Positions 15,001 to 28,400 of a stretch of 64,000 bases of DNA are shown here, in pieces (position 1 is the stretch's first letter; every line of letters starts with the position of its first letter). The notes beneath the pieces are model-generated. The model worked only from the letters and a program-made list of their open reading frames with translations. It searched no databases and was not told the origin of the DNA. The position numbers were made by a program, and so were the translations under genes. Where the stretch lies: positions 103,594-167,593 of the forward strand of contig NMRA01000462.1 in assembly GCA_002633005.1 (NCBI GenBank), given 5' to 3'. Source of the stretch: Phoronis australis. Taxonomy: Eukaryota; Animalia; Phoronida.

Positions 15001-15782
15001 GTGAATATTTTGGTAGGCAATTGCTATTGGTGGGAATGGTATAGTGGAGGGGATGCTGTTGAAAAAGTAGATCCACTGTTAATCAGTTAGCTTGTGATAT
15101 GTAACTCTGCAACTGTAGGGTCATCGTCATGACTTGTTGTCTAAATGAGATTCACTGCCTGTTGTGGTTATTGTGAAACGTGTATGCATTTTTTGTCATT
15201 TGCTTCATTGTCACAGAATTCCTAGGGCCCTATTGTATTTACAAATCAGTGCGTGAGTATCCCTCATCTGCCTCCATATTTTTTAGAGTTTTTGGGTCAA
15301 CTGTTCCCAGAGCTCTAATTTTCGAAAATGAGTAATGTATCATTGTTGGAACTTGCACTAATTTATCTGATAAGCATATTTTTGCTTGTAACTTTTAAAA
15401 CCTGAAACTAAGCCAAGAAATTACATATAAAGCTTTGTACAGGTTTTAAAAACTTTCCTTATTTCACCTGCCTCCTTGTTTTCCAAGTCTACAGGCATAT
15501 TTAGCAAAACCACATTCATTTTGTACCTTAGCTTGGGCTGAATTTGAGCATGATATAGTATCTCTAAATCCATCTCTTGTTCCCCCAGGCATCCTGAAGC
15601 TGCATGAGACAGTCCTGCTCAACATGGACTTTATCCACCTGGCCCAGTTCTTAACACGCCTCCCCGACAACATCAGTTCAGTAGAGTTGTTTCGCAACAT
15701 CAAGCAAATTGTGATGGAAGTGGACGGCAGGAAGTACAGTCAGGTGTTGGCCGCCAACAGGGACAGTCAGAAAGACAGTTAG
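3026..15782 (+). CDS. TBC1D14: TBC1 domain family member 12/14-like Rab GTPase-activating protein (9 coding exons seen, 5'-partial)
   Basis: GT-AG exons in consistent phase: 3026-3223, 7032-7114, 7774-7998, 8637-8720, 12332-12489, 13140-13268, 14055-14164, 14776-14879, 15589-15782 (TAG). The translation includes [63 protein letters not shown], the arginine-finger motif [10 protein letters not shown] and the glutamine-finger motif GYVQGM. It is probably co-orthologous to vertebrate TBC1D12 and TBC1D14. No start codon was found. Confidence 0.93.
9050..9356 (+). mobile_element. Truncated, diverged third member of the CCGTA-TIR/HIRAN-like family (right end only)
   Basis: Right TIR CATGGGCGCTTAATAGGGCAAATACGG+TA. 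The upstream remnant translates FLKHG...[13 protein letters not shown]...LIERLK. Confidence 0.7.
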
Positions 15783-18700
15783 CTACTCCGTGTGTTTCTA
15801 GGGAATCCTGACTTTTGTTTAAGAAATTCTGACATTTCTCTGGAGCCAACACAGATTTCAGCTGAAGGAAGGTTTTTGTGACATTGCATCCATCCACTGA
15901 GATTGGGGCCTCAGAAGCAAAAGCTTAAGACAACAATGGATTGCAGGCCTCGTGGTGGCAAAGAACGTTGTCGGTGCTGATTTCTATGGAACTCAGATGC
16001 ACATAGAGAGCATTTTCTAAGAAGTGATGTTGTCACAGCTGTGTAGAACTCAGAAATGCCTATGCAAGAAAACGAACACTTAAAAATGTGACTTTGGCAT
16101 GGCTCCCTTACCGCATAATCCGTTGCCTCATGCAAGACTGGTTTCTAAGAACATGTGCTCAAAATGAAGGTTAATTAGGAGAACATGTTTCAAATTAAAC
16201 CATAATGGGAGTTAGATAGACACGTTTTCTTTGTGGATTATTGTCCACGAAGTTTTATTCTGATGAAATGTAATTTCAAGAAATGCCATTTTACGGCACA
16301 GTGGTTTTTGAAATTTGTGTTCTGTTGGAGATTGACTTCTGAAAAAAATAGTGCCTTTGAAACATTTTTACTTCACTAGTAAATTTGTACGGCATATTCT
16401 GAAACTGCTTGTATGAAATACTTTTCTTTTAAATAAGTTCTTTGAAAAGAGAATGATGGTGCTAATTGTTTCCAGCAGGGATATTGTGAAACTCAAAACT
16501 GGTCTTGCTTGTTTGCTAATACCTGTTATGTGCAAATTGTTGTCGTTTTGACAGAAAACTGTCCAGTAAAATCTCATCAATTTCAGCCAATCATAATTGC
16601 CAAAATTGATCTTTTTCAGTCTTAAAAGGCATTCTTAAAAGGCTTCAAGCAATGTAGCTGTGCATGCCCACAATTTCTCAAACTGGCGATGCCAATGTTG
16701 TAGACCTAAAATGTTGAAGCATTTATTTAGTGCTGCATTATATGTTATGAAAAAAATGAAACAAGACTTTCACTTATCCTGTATGATATGGTGTCTTTAA
16801 TTGGTGAGATTTTACTGTATTACATGTTTTTCAAAATTGTAATATGCTCAAAAGCCTTTGCAAACATAACTGCAGTGCCCATTGCCAGTGGTGAGTGTAG
16901 TTGTTGCAGTTGTGTGTTGTGTCGACTTTAGCAAACTACATTACTGTAGGTGTAAATGAGCACCACTCAGGCATGGGTGGAAAGTGATGGATTCAGAGGG
17001 TGTCGAGAGACTATCTGCTCACATTACAGAAAGCAGAGATAGCAACCAGCCTTATAAGGTGGTGGTTTTCGAAAGGATTTGCTCGTGCAGACATTTTTTT
17101 TTTTTAGTTCTCCAGAATAGACGAGCAGAAAGCAGCTATAAGAATGGGTTTGGCATCATTGTAGATGCCTTTTGTGCTAATAAAAATGGAGACTTTGTTC
17201 ATTTTTATCATCACATGTGACTACATTATCACCGTGCAATGTGTAAGTTACATTTATTTTCATACTGAGTATTTTTGTATCTGACCTCTAACCATCACAC
17301 ATTTATGTGAGTGTTCCTCATTGATCTAGGTTTCTAGCGCATAGGATATTGCATTCTTTTCATTTAGTATATACGTTACAGAACCTGCGAAACGTAACCA
17401 GACTAAATGACCCGGAGATTCTTGCCATAACGGTAAGGTGCTAATGGACTTGACTGTGAACGACTGAATTTACCAGAATGTTATCAACTAGGTGGATACG
17501 CTGTAATAATCAAGATTTTTCCAGTCACTTAATTTGTAAGCAGAATTGGATTCCGAGTATTTTGCCTGATTACATTTAGCGTTTAGCGGTATACTTGGAG
17601 TCTCCCTGTAACTCATCTCTTGTTATTTAAGTATCAATGCAATTCGTTGTAAATATGTGAATAGATCTCATTGAATTATAGAATTGTGCAATTGAGGTGC
17701 TTGTACAATTTGTTGCCAGTAAAGATAAATTCCTGGATAAACTCCAAGCTGTGGGAAGAAATTGTGCGTGATTGGTGAACATTTGATTATAGGCCAGTTT
17801 ACATGCTTGTCAAATTTGTCGAAAAGTTGTCATTATTTGACAGAAACCAGATGGGTGACCATGTGAACACAATTTGTCACCGTAACAACTTGACTTCAGA
17901 GATGACACTGCCCTTTCTATGTTTCTGATTTTAGTTGCAGGCTTTATCGCATGTAACTTGCCATAGCTGTGTCAAGTAAATGGGTCATGCATGCTTATTG
18001 AAATTTAACGAGAGCCATATTTGTAGGGCTGATCCTTGTAGATTTCCAACAAAGACAAATACTGTGCCATTTAAGAAATATCCAGGTTACATGTTTTTCT
18101 TAAAGCAAAGGTAAACCTTAAGCTAGTGGTGCAAAAACAAAATGATGTTACTCACTATTGACAATTGAAAATATAAATATTTGCTGTGGCTATATTGTGT
18201 ACCATTTCTGGCCAGTTTTGTTTGTGAAAGTTCTGAAGAAAATGTACCATTCATTTAATGTTTTTTAAATTGCAGGCAAGTAATGACGCTGTGTTAATCA
18301 CCATTAGAAATTTTTCTTGGGCGATGAACTGTTTGGATTATGTGGTATGATAAAAATTCTCCAAAAAACGAAAGTCTATAAAATTAGTATCCAAAATTAA
18401 AGTCAAAACTCAATTTTCATTGTTCTGAAGATTACGGCATAGGCAATTTTAGTGTTTAGTTCTGAAATAATTAAGACTGCAGTTTTGTGTCAAGTCTGAA
18501 AACAGAGGACTAAGCAGATAACGAAATAGTTGAGAATAGCTTACGATGCAATGTTTTCACACGTCTCCACATGGAGGTCAATGATCATTTGTCATTGATC
18601 CAGATTCGTGAATTTGGGACGGCCAGTGTAGCCTATTTTTAAAATTTGGTTCAGGCTCAGAAAAGTAATAAATTTTGCACTGTCCTCAAACTGGAGAATC

Positions 18701-18796
18701 TTTACCATAATGGATGCTATTTTATCCCGATGAAACTGTGTAAAAGTGTTTTGTTTAATATTGTCGTACGAGTATCTTGTATATTTCAGAAGACTT

Positions 18797-19105
18797 AATA
18801 AACTGATTTAGATTAATTGTACATCGGACATGGTCTTAAAACTTTTAGAAAGCGTTATATAGTCTCGTTAAAAGATAGACAGAATTTGATCATTGACAAT
18901 ACATAAATAACCTTCAGTCAGACACCTGTGTAAAAGATCTAGTTGCACAGTTTCAAGTCTGAGCCCAATTACGACCTCTGGCATAATATTTTTGTTGACT
19001 TCTTCATTGACAAAAGAATGAATTAACTTTGCAAGGATAAACATAAAACTTGGTATAAAGTTCTGTAAGACTTAAAAACACAAGATATTTATTTACATAT
19101 TTATT
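18797..19105. terminator. Candidate convergent polyadenylation signals of the TBC gene (+, AATAAA 18797) and KCMF1 (-, 19088-19093 and 19100-19105)
   Basis: Canonical hexamers on opposite strands between the two convergent stop codons; use is inferred only. Confidence 0.45.
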
Positions 19106-19403
19106 ACACAGTGGAAACATAAACAACCACCAAAATTTTGGTTTTTGGCAAAACATGACTGCCATGTACATACTATTTCAACTGCGTTGATACACTATTG
19201 GTAAACTAAAATTAAACCATGAACAAGTCAAATTATACATCAGTACAGTCGCTCTGTCTCACTTTTGGCATATATCTTGCAGGTTAGCCTCGTATATATA
19301 AATAGTACCCAACAAACGTTTAATACAAACAATTGCTCTAAATTTTCACAAGGAAAAAACATGTTGCAGTTACAATAATAGTAATACACGTTTTCCTTCT
19401 GTG

Positions 19404-22400
19404 TTAAGGGGGAGGCGGTTCCTTTTCATCCAATTTATTCCTAGGACTATCTCTATTGGCCTTGATGCTACCTTTACTGCTGTCAACGACCTCTGACCCT
19501 TCACCTATGCACTGTGACTGACCCCCGGGGTCATTGGGCACATGACACAGGGCATATTCCGAATCACTAATTTTTAACTGATCAGTCAGTGTGGATAACA
19601 AGAGTTCCTGCACAAACAGACTTCTGTCGGCGCGCTCCATTTCCAAGACTTGCAGTTCTGAATCGCTCGGAGCAGCCTCGGTACACCTGGACATAAAGAC
19701 GGTGACATTGAACGTAACATTAAGAAATGACCAACCATGTTAACGCATACAATCAAATGCTAAGTAACAGACATTACATCGGTATAGAGTTAACAACAGG
19801 TTTCCAAGCAGTTCAAATAGAAGTCATCTTGTTTGACGACTCGAGCAAGTTTTGTGAGGTAACATAAGAACGCCGTAATGAAAGGCTAATGTTTCGCGAG
19901 TAAGTCTGCACCCTAATTACGTACACTAGCAAAATGGATGCAAATGAAAATGTACGTCAGCCAGCTAGGAATTGTGAATCATGGAAGGAGGCTGTAAGTA
20001 AACACAAAATTTCCATTCTGTTATCAAACATTTCATGCCATGTCTAATTGTCTTGCAACTGAACAATATAACGCAACGCACCCGAGTAATAAAAATGTTT
20101 GTGCAAAAATATTTTTGAAAAACAGCCTATTCCAATGGATACTTCCACCATGCTGATCAATAATTTGCCAACAGATTAGAATTATTCCTGTATTTTACTT
20201 TATTCTCAACTTCACAGCTTTGTTCCATGCTTTCGTGTTTTGATCATTCACTTTAGTTAAATTCACATTTTTCCCCTTGTCGTTATTGCTAGAGACTTTC
20301 TCCCGTAGTACTATGGACCTATGATGTTTCGTGAGAACCCAACTTATTGCACCAGGGCCCGGTCTCCAATCTTTTTACTCCAAATGGAACTCGAAATTAG
20401 GTTTGGCATTTTCTACTCTACTTTTGGGCGAACTCAAGATAAGTGTCTATTATTCTATGCTCGAGTACACAATAACTTACGTAGATAATTTATTGCCCTT
20501 AGTTCACAGTTTGTAAACCCAATATAAAAGCAATAAGTTCGAGTTTGAACTCGAAATTTCGAGTTTTTACTCGAGTTTGTAGCAACAATATACTGGTCTT
20601 CAAGGGCAAACTTGAACTAGAAACTCCTATGCATAAACTAAAATGTATTCGAGCACAGTCTGATAACCAATTATCTTAAGTTCGCACAAAAGGAGCAGAG
20701 AAATTGCCAAAAATAGTTTCGAGTTCGTTTCGAGTACAAAGATTAGAGACCGGGCCCAGTTCTTCATAAGCACACAGATCACATCTAATGACTTGAATTG
20801 TTGAATTTAAATCTAAAGTCAGTTTTGACAGTAGCTGGGCTTAGATCTCCTTTAATTTTTAAATTTAATTTTTGAATTTCTGGAGGTGCACCAAGAAAAA
20901 CGGTCACAAAAGTGAATGACACTAAACTTCACCTTGCTAGAAGGAACTGCGAAGTGTTGGCCGCCGCCGTTGTCGTCGGAGTGGAAACTGTGGTGACGTG
21001 CCGACTAGTCAGCTCCACTACTGAGCTGGGCGTGTTGTTCTGGGTGGCATGTCTAGCTTCAGCACCACGCCGGGGTAACCTCTCCAGCTGTTGTCTGAAA
21101 TAAACACAGCATACAATAATACATTGAGTTTGCCTAGAATGGCTAACGGAGCAACAAAATCATCACATCAATACAATCAAAAGAAATTGCAACATACCTT
21201 ATCTACCGAGAAAATTACGTAGTTTGGAAGAGTCCCTGAAATTTGGGATATTGAAATTCAAGCCAAAATTGAATTTTCTTGATTCTTAAGATTGGGGCAC
21301 AGAAAAATTTTAGCTATTATCATACCTCTTAAATATCAGACACTGCATTTCGTATCAACAAAGTCTGAGATAAAATTGTTGAAAATAGAGCTACCAATAT
21401 ACAATCAGTCTTTCTTGTGATTCTTTACTTTGGGATGGACAGTATTGCCCATTTCTGAATTTAGGTATGAGCTCCGACCTTGAGCAAAGAGAAATTTTAC
21501 CATACTTTTGTTAACACCACCATCTGTTATAAAACTGGTTTCAACTTCATCATTTGTGAGCCTAGAAGTTATTTTGGGCTGAGAAAGAATCAGCAATTCA
21601 CATTCGGAGTATTAAATGATCAAACTCAATCAAGCCAAGGTGTAGAGCCCCAATACCACAACTCACATGTAACCCGACAATGACAAGTAACTTGAATACA
21701 AAATTGTCTTTCCAACACGAAGACAGTTTATAGTAGTTTTTAACCAGGAGAGTAGCCTAATGTTTGGTCTACTCTGAGGTCTTCTCAAGGTAGAACCGCA
21801 AACTCCTTCATAGAACCATACTCAAAATGCCAATTTCATTAGAGATCCTAGATCACACAAAAATATATATTCGGATATTATGCCATTGATTGAGTTTGAG
21901 ACAAAAACAGCTGAACAATATTTCCCAAAAATACCAGATATGCATCTTCTCAACTCAGACATATTCCATATACCACAACTCCGAAAACTCTGTTGGTAAC
22001 GTCCATTACCCACGTATGTCCATCAAATAAGGCCTTGAAACTAGCCCCCATATGACCCCACGGGTACCACTGAACAATACCTTCCTCGAGGCTTAAAACG
22101 CACATTAAGTTTTATTGTACTGTTGAGTAATGAAATAAATTATTATGGATTCCTAAGTAAAAGACTAACGTATACTGCAGTATTCTTGGATGCAGTTAAT
22201 CCCTGGTCCGTTGATCATTAACATACCAGCCAGGCCTGCATACGTGGATATCAAGAAAATCATCCAAGACATTACGAGAATTAACAAATTCCCAAAATTC
22301 ACAGCAAAACAAACAAAAACAAGGAGTCCCATTTCATAGGTATTCCTGCAGTGGTTTTTTAGCGACAATTTCATGGACTTTTCAATGTCACATTGCGACT

Positions 22401-25400
22401 GTTGCTAATTGTCACCAACAACATTGCCGTGGCAACTGTTACCTCAGCAACCTGGCTTGTTCTCGCTCGGACTCAAGCTGCATCTGCAGCTGTTGCAGCT
22501 GCTGTGGTGATCCCGCCAACAGGGTGCGCCGACTGCCTGTCAGCTGTGAGAGCAACTCTGAAAAAATGAGAATGAACGGAACCAAACGGTATAACACAAA
22601 AGTCAAAACGCCTGTGCACGAGCGACGCTCACAGGCCGCCTACCTGGTGGACTGTAACTGCATCTCAAGTTGCTGGAGCTGGGAGGAGACGTTCTGTGCG
22701 GCGCTCGCCCTGCTCCGAACGCTGGACAGTTGCGACAAGAGCTCTGAAAGGGAACGCAAGAAAGGGCGGAGATAGCGGGCGACAACGACAGGGTCCCCGT
22801 GAAACGAAACAAACAAGGGTCTTGAAGAAATTGAAGACGGTTAGTCAAATATTAGGTGTGAAGCAGCACACGTGATTAAACGCATTTAATAAAGCTTCTA
22901 TGATAAGCACCTATGGCAAAGGTATTATTTAGCCATCAGCAATATGGAACTCCTGCACACTCGTTATGGTAAAACCATGGCTAAGCAACGCAAATGAAAT
23001 ATTAACAAAATGCTTCAGAAAATACTTCAAAAAGTTGACAAACGTGACACCAATAAAAATCAAAGACACAGGGAAAAATTTTCGTCCCTTTGCAAGCAAA
23101 TACAATTTTACCATTCGTATAACCACTAAACAATTCAAGTCACAACATGAAAAGTACAAAAAATCCCAGAGGTCAACACAATAGATCTTATTCTTGCATA
23201 AACGCACAAGTTCAAGTGGCAAGCTGGATCCATAAGCACTGAAAGTATTCAATAACACAAATGCAGTTAATACTAATACCGTATTCGCCGTAATAACCAC
23301 CCAGGGCGCTTAGAAAAGTTCTGTTCACGGGGGCGCTTATTATAACCCAAGGCTGTTGAAACCCGGTCTCCAAAACGGGTGAAATCGGAAGCTAAGATTC
23401 ATCAAATTTAAGCTCCGTGACGCATATGTAATCTATGAAAGACTTTCAACAAAATTGTGGTGCATTGCTATCAAACTCTGCTGCTAAATTACGATCATTT
23501 TACAGAAAATTGTGCTGAAATCCCAGGACGAAAACTCGCCGACTGACTGCCTCGAAATCGCCGTCTTCGATATGGCGACTTCAATGCTTGAATAAAAATA
23601 GTTTAGACTCAAGCAAAATTACCTGAAATCCTCATTAAGTTTTCTAAGTAGCGTCCCTAAGATTTTGTTTAAGTTCCCGTGGAGCCTGGATTAATGGCAG
23701 GTTTAAGTACAAATCTGTGCAATATCGTGGCATCTACATGTATGATCGGCAACACGGCGAGAAAAATGTCTAGACGAACACACGTTGTTGTCACGTGACG
23801 TTTGTTTTGAAGTTCGTCTGCGAGTAAGCGAGCGCGTGCGTGTCACCAGAGTTCATTTGCCAAAGCAGATCGTCTTTTGGCCAGAACCACGTAATCTAAC
23901 AAGCTTGATGTGCATTGTGTCTAAAGAAATTTGCACAAGCAGTAGGCCTAAACCAGAGCGTGTTTCATTCAGCACTTGCCGGTCTCGTGCTCAAAACGTT
24001 CGACATTTGTCTCGGTAAGGCCCATATTAGTCGCCGTGTAGCTGGATGCGTACGTAACTATCTGACAGTTATTTTTCCGTGTAAGGGTGTGAAAGCATTC
24101 ACTGTCAGTTGTCATTTTATCGGATATTCGGCTTAAAAACACCAATTATGGTTAATCAAACAATCCATCTCAAAAATAACGCAAACATGTTTTATCGTAT
24201 TAGAAATTGTCGGAAATTACTGCCAATATTCATTTCTTATCGTTGCTATGCTACCCGTTTCATGAATGGATAGTTCCCAACTAATGTCTTTGATGACAGG
24301 TTCATGTATGTTGCACGCGCTTCCTGGCCACGTGCGTTTAATACCGAGTTATTTTTATTCATGAGACAGTTGATGTGTCTACTGAAAGGTCAGACCATAG
24401 TGGGACACGGTCGTCGCGAGAGCGTAGCAACGCTGTTGCGTTCTTTTTGAAGCGCTGCGTTACTTTGAAGTGTAAACTCACGGCTAAATATAAAAGTAGC
24501 AGTGCCGCTGGTGGTCTAGGAGACCCGTGCAAAAATTTTTTGATAAATTGAAGACGTTACTGTAGCCGAGTTTTAGGACTGTAGGTACGTCATTGTTCGC
24601 ATGTACACGTTCATGGACTGGGCATTTATTTCAGCAAAGTCTGAAAATGCGGGGGGTGCTTATAGGAGCATGGGCGGTTATTACGGCGAATACGGTAGTT
24701 AAAGTGAATGCAAACGTTGATTTCTTGCCACAAGCAGACCAAAGTTGAACCCCAAACCCCACTTTTCAAGAACCATATTCCAGACCAGGACAAGGACTAG
24801 GCCACACACTCAAAGTGAAGCTACTACGCAACGTGTTGACTGAAGACTCATCACCATCAGGATGCAAAAACGTAAACGGGCGAAAATTCAAGAAATGAGA
24901 CATTTCAGTAGTCGATGCTACAATATGAATAATTATTATTCTAATAACCAAAGATTAAAAATATCATCTATCAAATTTGTTCACAAAGACCGATTCTGGC
25001 CACAGCTTTGCAGCGGACATTTAAGAGAAGCTGTACATTCTTACTGAAGGTGGCACTGTTCTTTTTCCTGTTGTGAGTAATAATCAACATGTCGTGCAAC
25101 AAGACTTCAACTGTTTACAATGCAATAGAACCAGCTTCAGGTGTGCACATTCAATTTCCAACTGCGTCTCTCAATACTTAAAAACAAAATTGAAATTTTG
25201 GGAAATGTGGTAAAAAGTCTTCAATTTGGCAGTTCTATAATCTTAAATGACTAACTACGATGCGGTAAATGCTCAGATTCTACCAAATGTTAGAACACCA
25301 TTGGACAGTACAAATCATGCTGAAAATGAAACAAAACTACCTCAATGTTTCTTTTGGTCGAGAAATGCGACAGAATAAAATCACCTTTCTGTTCTATTGT

Positions 25401-28400
25401 GTACAGAAACTGAAGATTTTTTACTTCAAATCAAGTGAACAAATGATAAATGATCGTTCAGTTACCTGCAATTGGGTCCATGGTCTCACGTGACCCTGAA
25501 GAGAGACCTGTGGCCGGGAAATGCATGTTGCGCCGCGCCCGCTGACTGGCCACTCCACGCGCAGGGTGTGGTATCCGACGCACGTGACGTATACTGCCAC
25601 CAGATACAGGATCATCGTAAACGAGTACATTAAGGAATCTACGGGCAATCCAGTCCATAGCAATTTGAATATTTGCTTCCAGAGAATATTTTCAAACAAG
25701 GATTGTGGATTTAAATGAATATAAATTGTCATGACTACAACTGCTATTGTTCTACGCAGCACTTTTGCAACCGTGTTTATTTTGTAGTTCTGTATTCAGA
25801 AGGGGAATGTTTCACTACAATGGGACTAGGTAGCACGGATTAAAGGGGTCACATTTTACCAAAACGTAGTCTGGCAAATATTCCAAATCTTCAAAGGTGC
25901 GTACATTTCTGTTAAAAACCCCAGTGGAGTACTCGCTAGAAATCATAAAAACCAAGTCGTTCTTAATGCCATACGACGCAAAGCAGTAGAATTGACTAAA
26001 ATTCAAGTAATAAAGTAGTTAAATATCATTTTTAAATCTTTCCCAACAGAACTGTCTCTTATTGAACACATGAGAGCGCCTAACGAAAAGGATATGAAGT
26101 CACGTGGCGTCCTGTGCTCTAAAGTAAGATGAGCAGCAAAGTCATCCGTCACATAATTGGGTTCCCCACCAGGGAGAGATGCACAGATGGGACACACCTG
26201 ACAATAAAAATATAGTTTCAACGTACAATTACATTTTAACCCAACCTTAAAAGCAGTTATAAACTCACATTCCATCTAAGAAGCAAACTTTTGATTTAGG
26301 ACATTTATCGTTATAAAATTGGTCTCGACTTTTTTTACTCAGATGAGAAGTGATGTCTGTTTTGCAAAGCACTGAGAGTTCGTTATTCCTTGAGACTACG
26401 CCCGCTGCATAAAAGACATGTCATGACAAACCAACTTTTAGAGCCTGGTCTCACGCAATAACGAACTGTCAGTTCTTTCTGACCTCTGCAATCACCTCCA
26501 ATTTGTATAGTGAACAATTTGAGACCAATTTCCTAACAACAGTAAGTGGTTGATTTTTGTGATGGACGACAGATTTATAGCCGCCTCACGCAAGAATGTG
26601 GGAAAATGTTCAAGTGTGTCACAGCAAATTGGATAACAATTTCCAATGCAACAGTGCACTCAGTGTCGTATATGCAAACACTGCGCTGATTGAACTTACC
26701 ACTTCACTGGATGAGTCGGCGTGTTCCGATGCAACATGTTCCTGAAGGGTGACCTCAGTATAGCCCATCTTGGCACAGAATGGGCAGCTGTAGGCCTGCG
26801 GTTGATCGGCCATGGGCGACTCACCCCCATAATATAGGTCTGCAGAGGAAATCGATATTCACATTACATATAGATTGAAGTAATTAGGAAGTCTGTTTTA
26901 TTATAAACGTCAATGAAAGGTTTAAAAATGCATTGTAGAGTGTTTTTTCATAAAACACAACACGAACATTTACAAAACACTGCACAAAATCAAACTGACT
27001 ATATTGTGTGCTTAAAGTTATTTTCTAAAAAACGCAAGTCGTTTAAGCAAGCCTAAACCCAAGGTTATTTGCACTGCAGACATTTTGAACAAGGGCATCA
27101 GAGCCAGCAAAAGACATTGCTGAGGATCAGCTTTTCAATTGTACATTCAAACATTTTATGACTGAAGCAGCAATACATAATGGTAGAGCTTATCTTCATC
27201 ATTACTATTATCATTACTATTACTATTGCTATTGCCATTATCATTATCATTATTATCATTACTTTTTGGCTGAAAATGACACTGAGGTATATGGCAAGCA
27301 TAAATAATGTATGCCACAATCTCGAACAACAGTAATTGCCATTCTGGCTGATCACATTGATACAGTGCCCAAAATATTACATAAATTTTGTTTTATGACG
27401 GCTGAAAACAACAAACCATGGTCTTGATGGTTTTGAAAATTCAATAAAATAGAATTCCCCTGTTTTCCATACATGCTCAACTGAAAAGCATACACTGTTT
27501 AACAAAAGGAAACTACAAAACAACAACCACGTTAGAAATTCAATTGTAATCTCACAAACACATATTTTTGGTTTGAAGTTTTAAAACTTAGACCAAAGCC
27601 AAGATGTGAAAAACTTTTTACATGTTCAAAACAAACGGGAAAAATAGATACAAGCAATTCTGAACTTCTTCTCGTTTCGATATCTATACGCATTGAAAAA
27701 ACCGAGACATCGTGCCCTCAACTTGAGCTAGATTTATTCCAACCCTGCCAAAACCTGATGCCCTGTTTGAATCACGTTCGGCCATGCACAGGGAGGACCC
27801 GTGAAACTTACCAAAATCGCCTCTAGTCAGTATGCATTGCATTGGGTGCTCAGTCGTATGCATCTTGGTCGTAGCTCCGTTTTCATAGCACGAGGAACAC
27901 AGATCGTAGTCGTAGCATATCAAGCACTTGTACCGACGTCCGCGGAAGTCTCCCTTATTACAAGAGTCACATCTCACACCTGGACAGAATAGTATTGACA
28001 TAAACTTGATATCACATGCACATTCCAGGCTCTACAACTAGCGTGTCTATTAGGTGAGGACATGTGTGCATTAAAAAGTGCGAGTTTCGTTACATTTTAA
28101 TTCTGCATTTGATAGACGAATTAAGTCCTGGCATAAGGCAAGTTAACATCCTAGTTATCCAGGATGGTAAGGGGTAGAGCTAAGACAAGTGCATAGCTGA
28201 TTGCCTTCAGTGGCCAATGAAAACTGATTACTGCATCACATGACAACAACAAATCTCTCTCATTGGCTCATTGTACTACATTATTACAGAAGTACTTTAC
28301 AGGTCAGTGAACATTTCATCTCCCACTGTTTTAAGAACAAGTTTTGTAATGAAAAAGACTCGACATATTGAGATTGTGCTGAGCAATAACACTGCATGTC

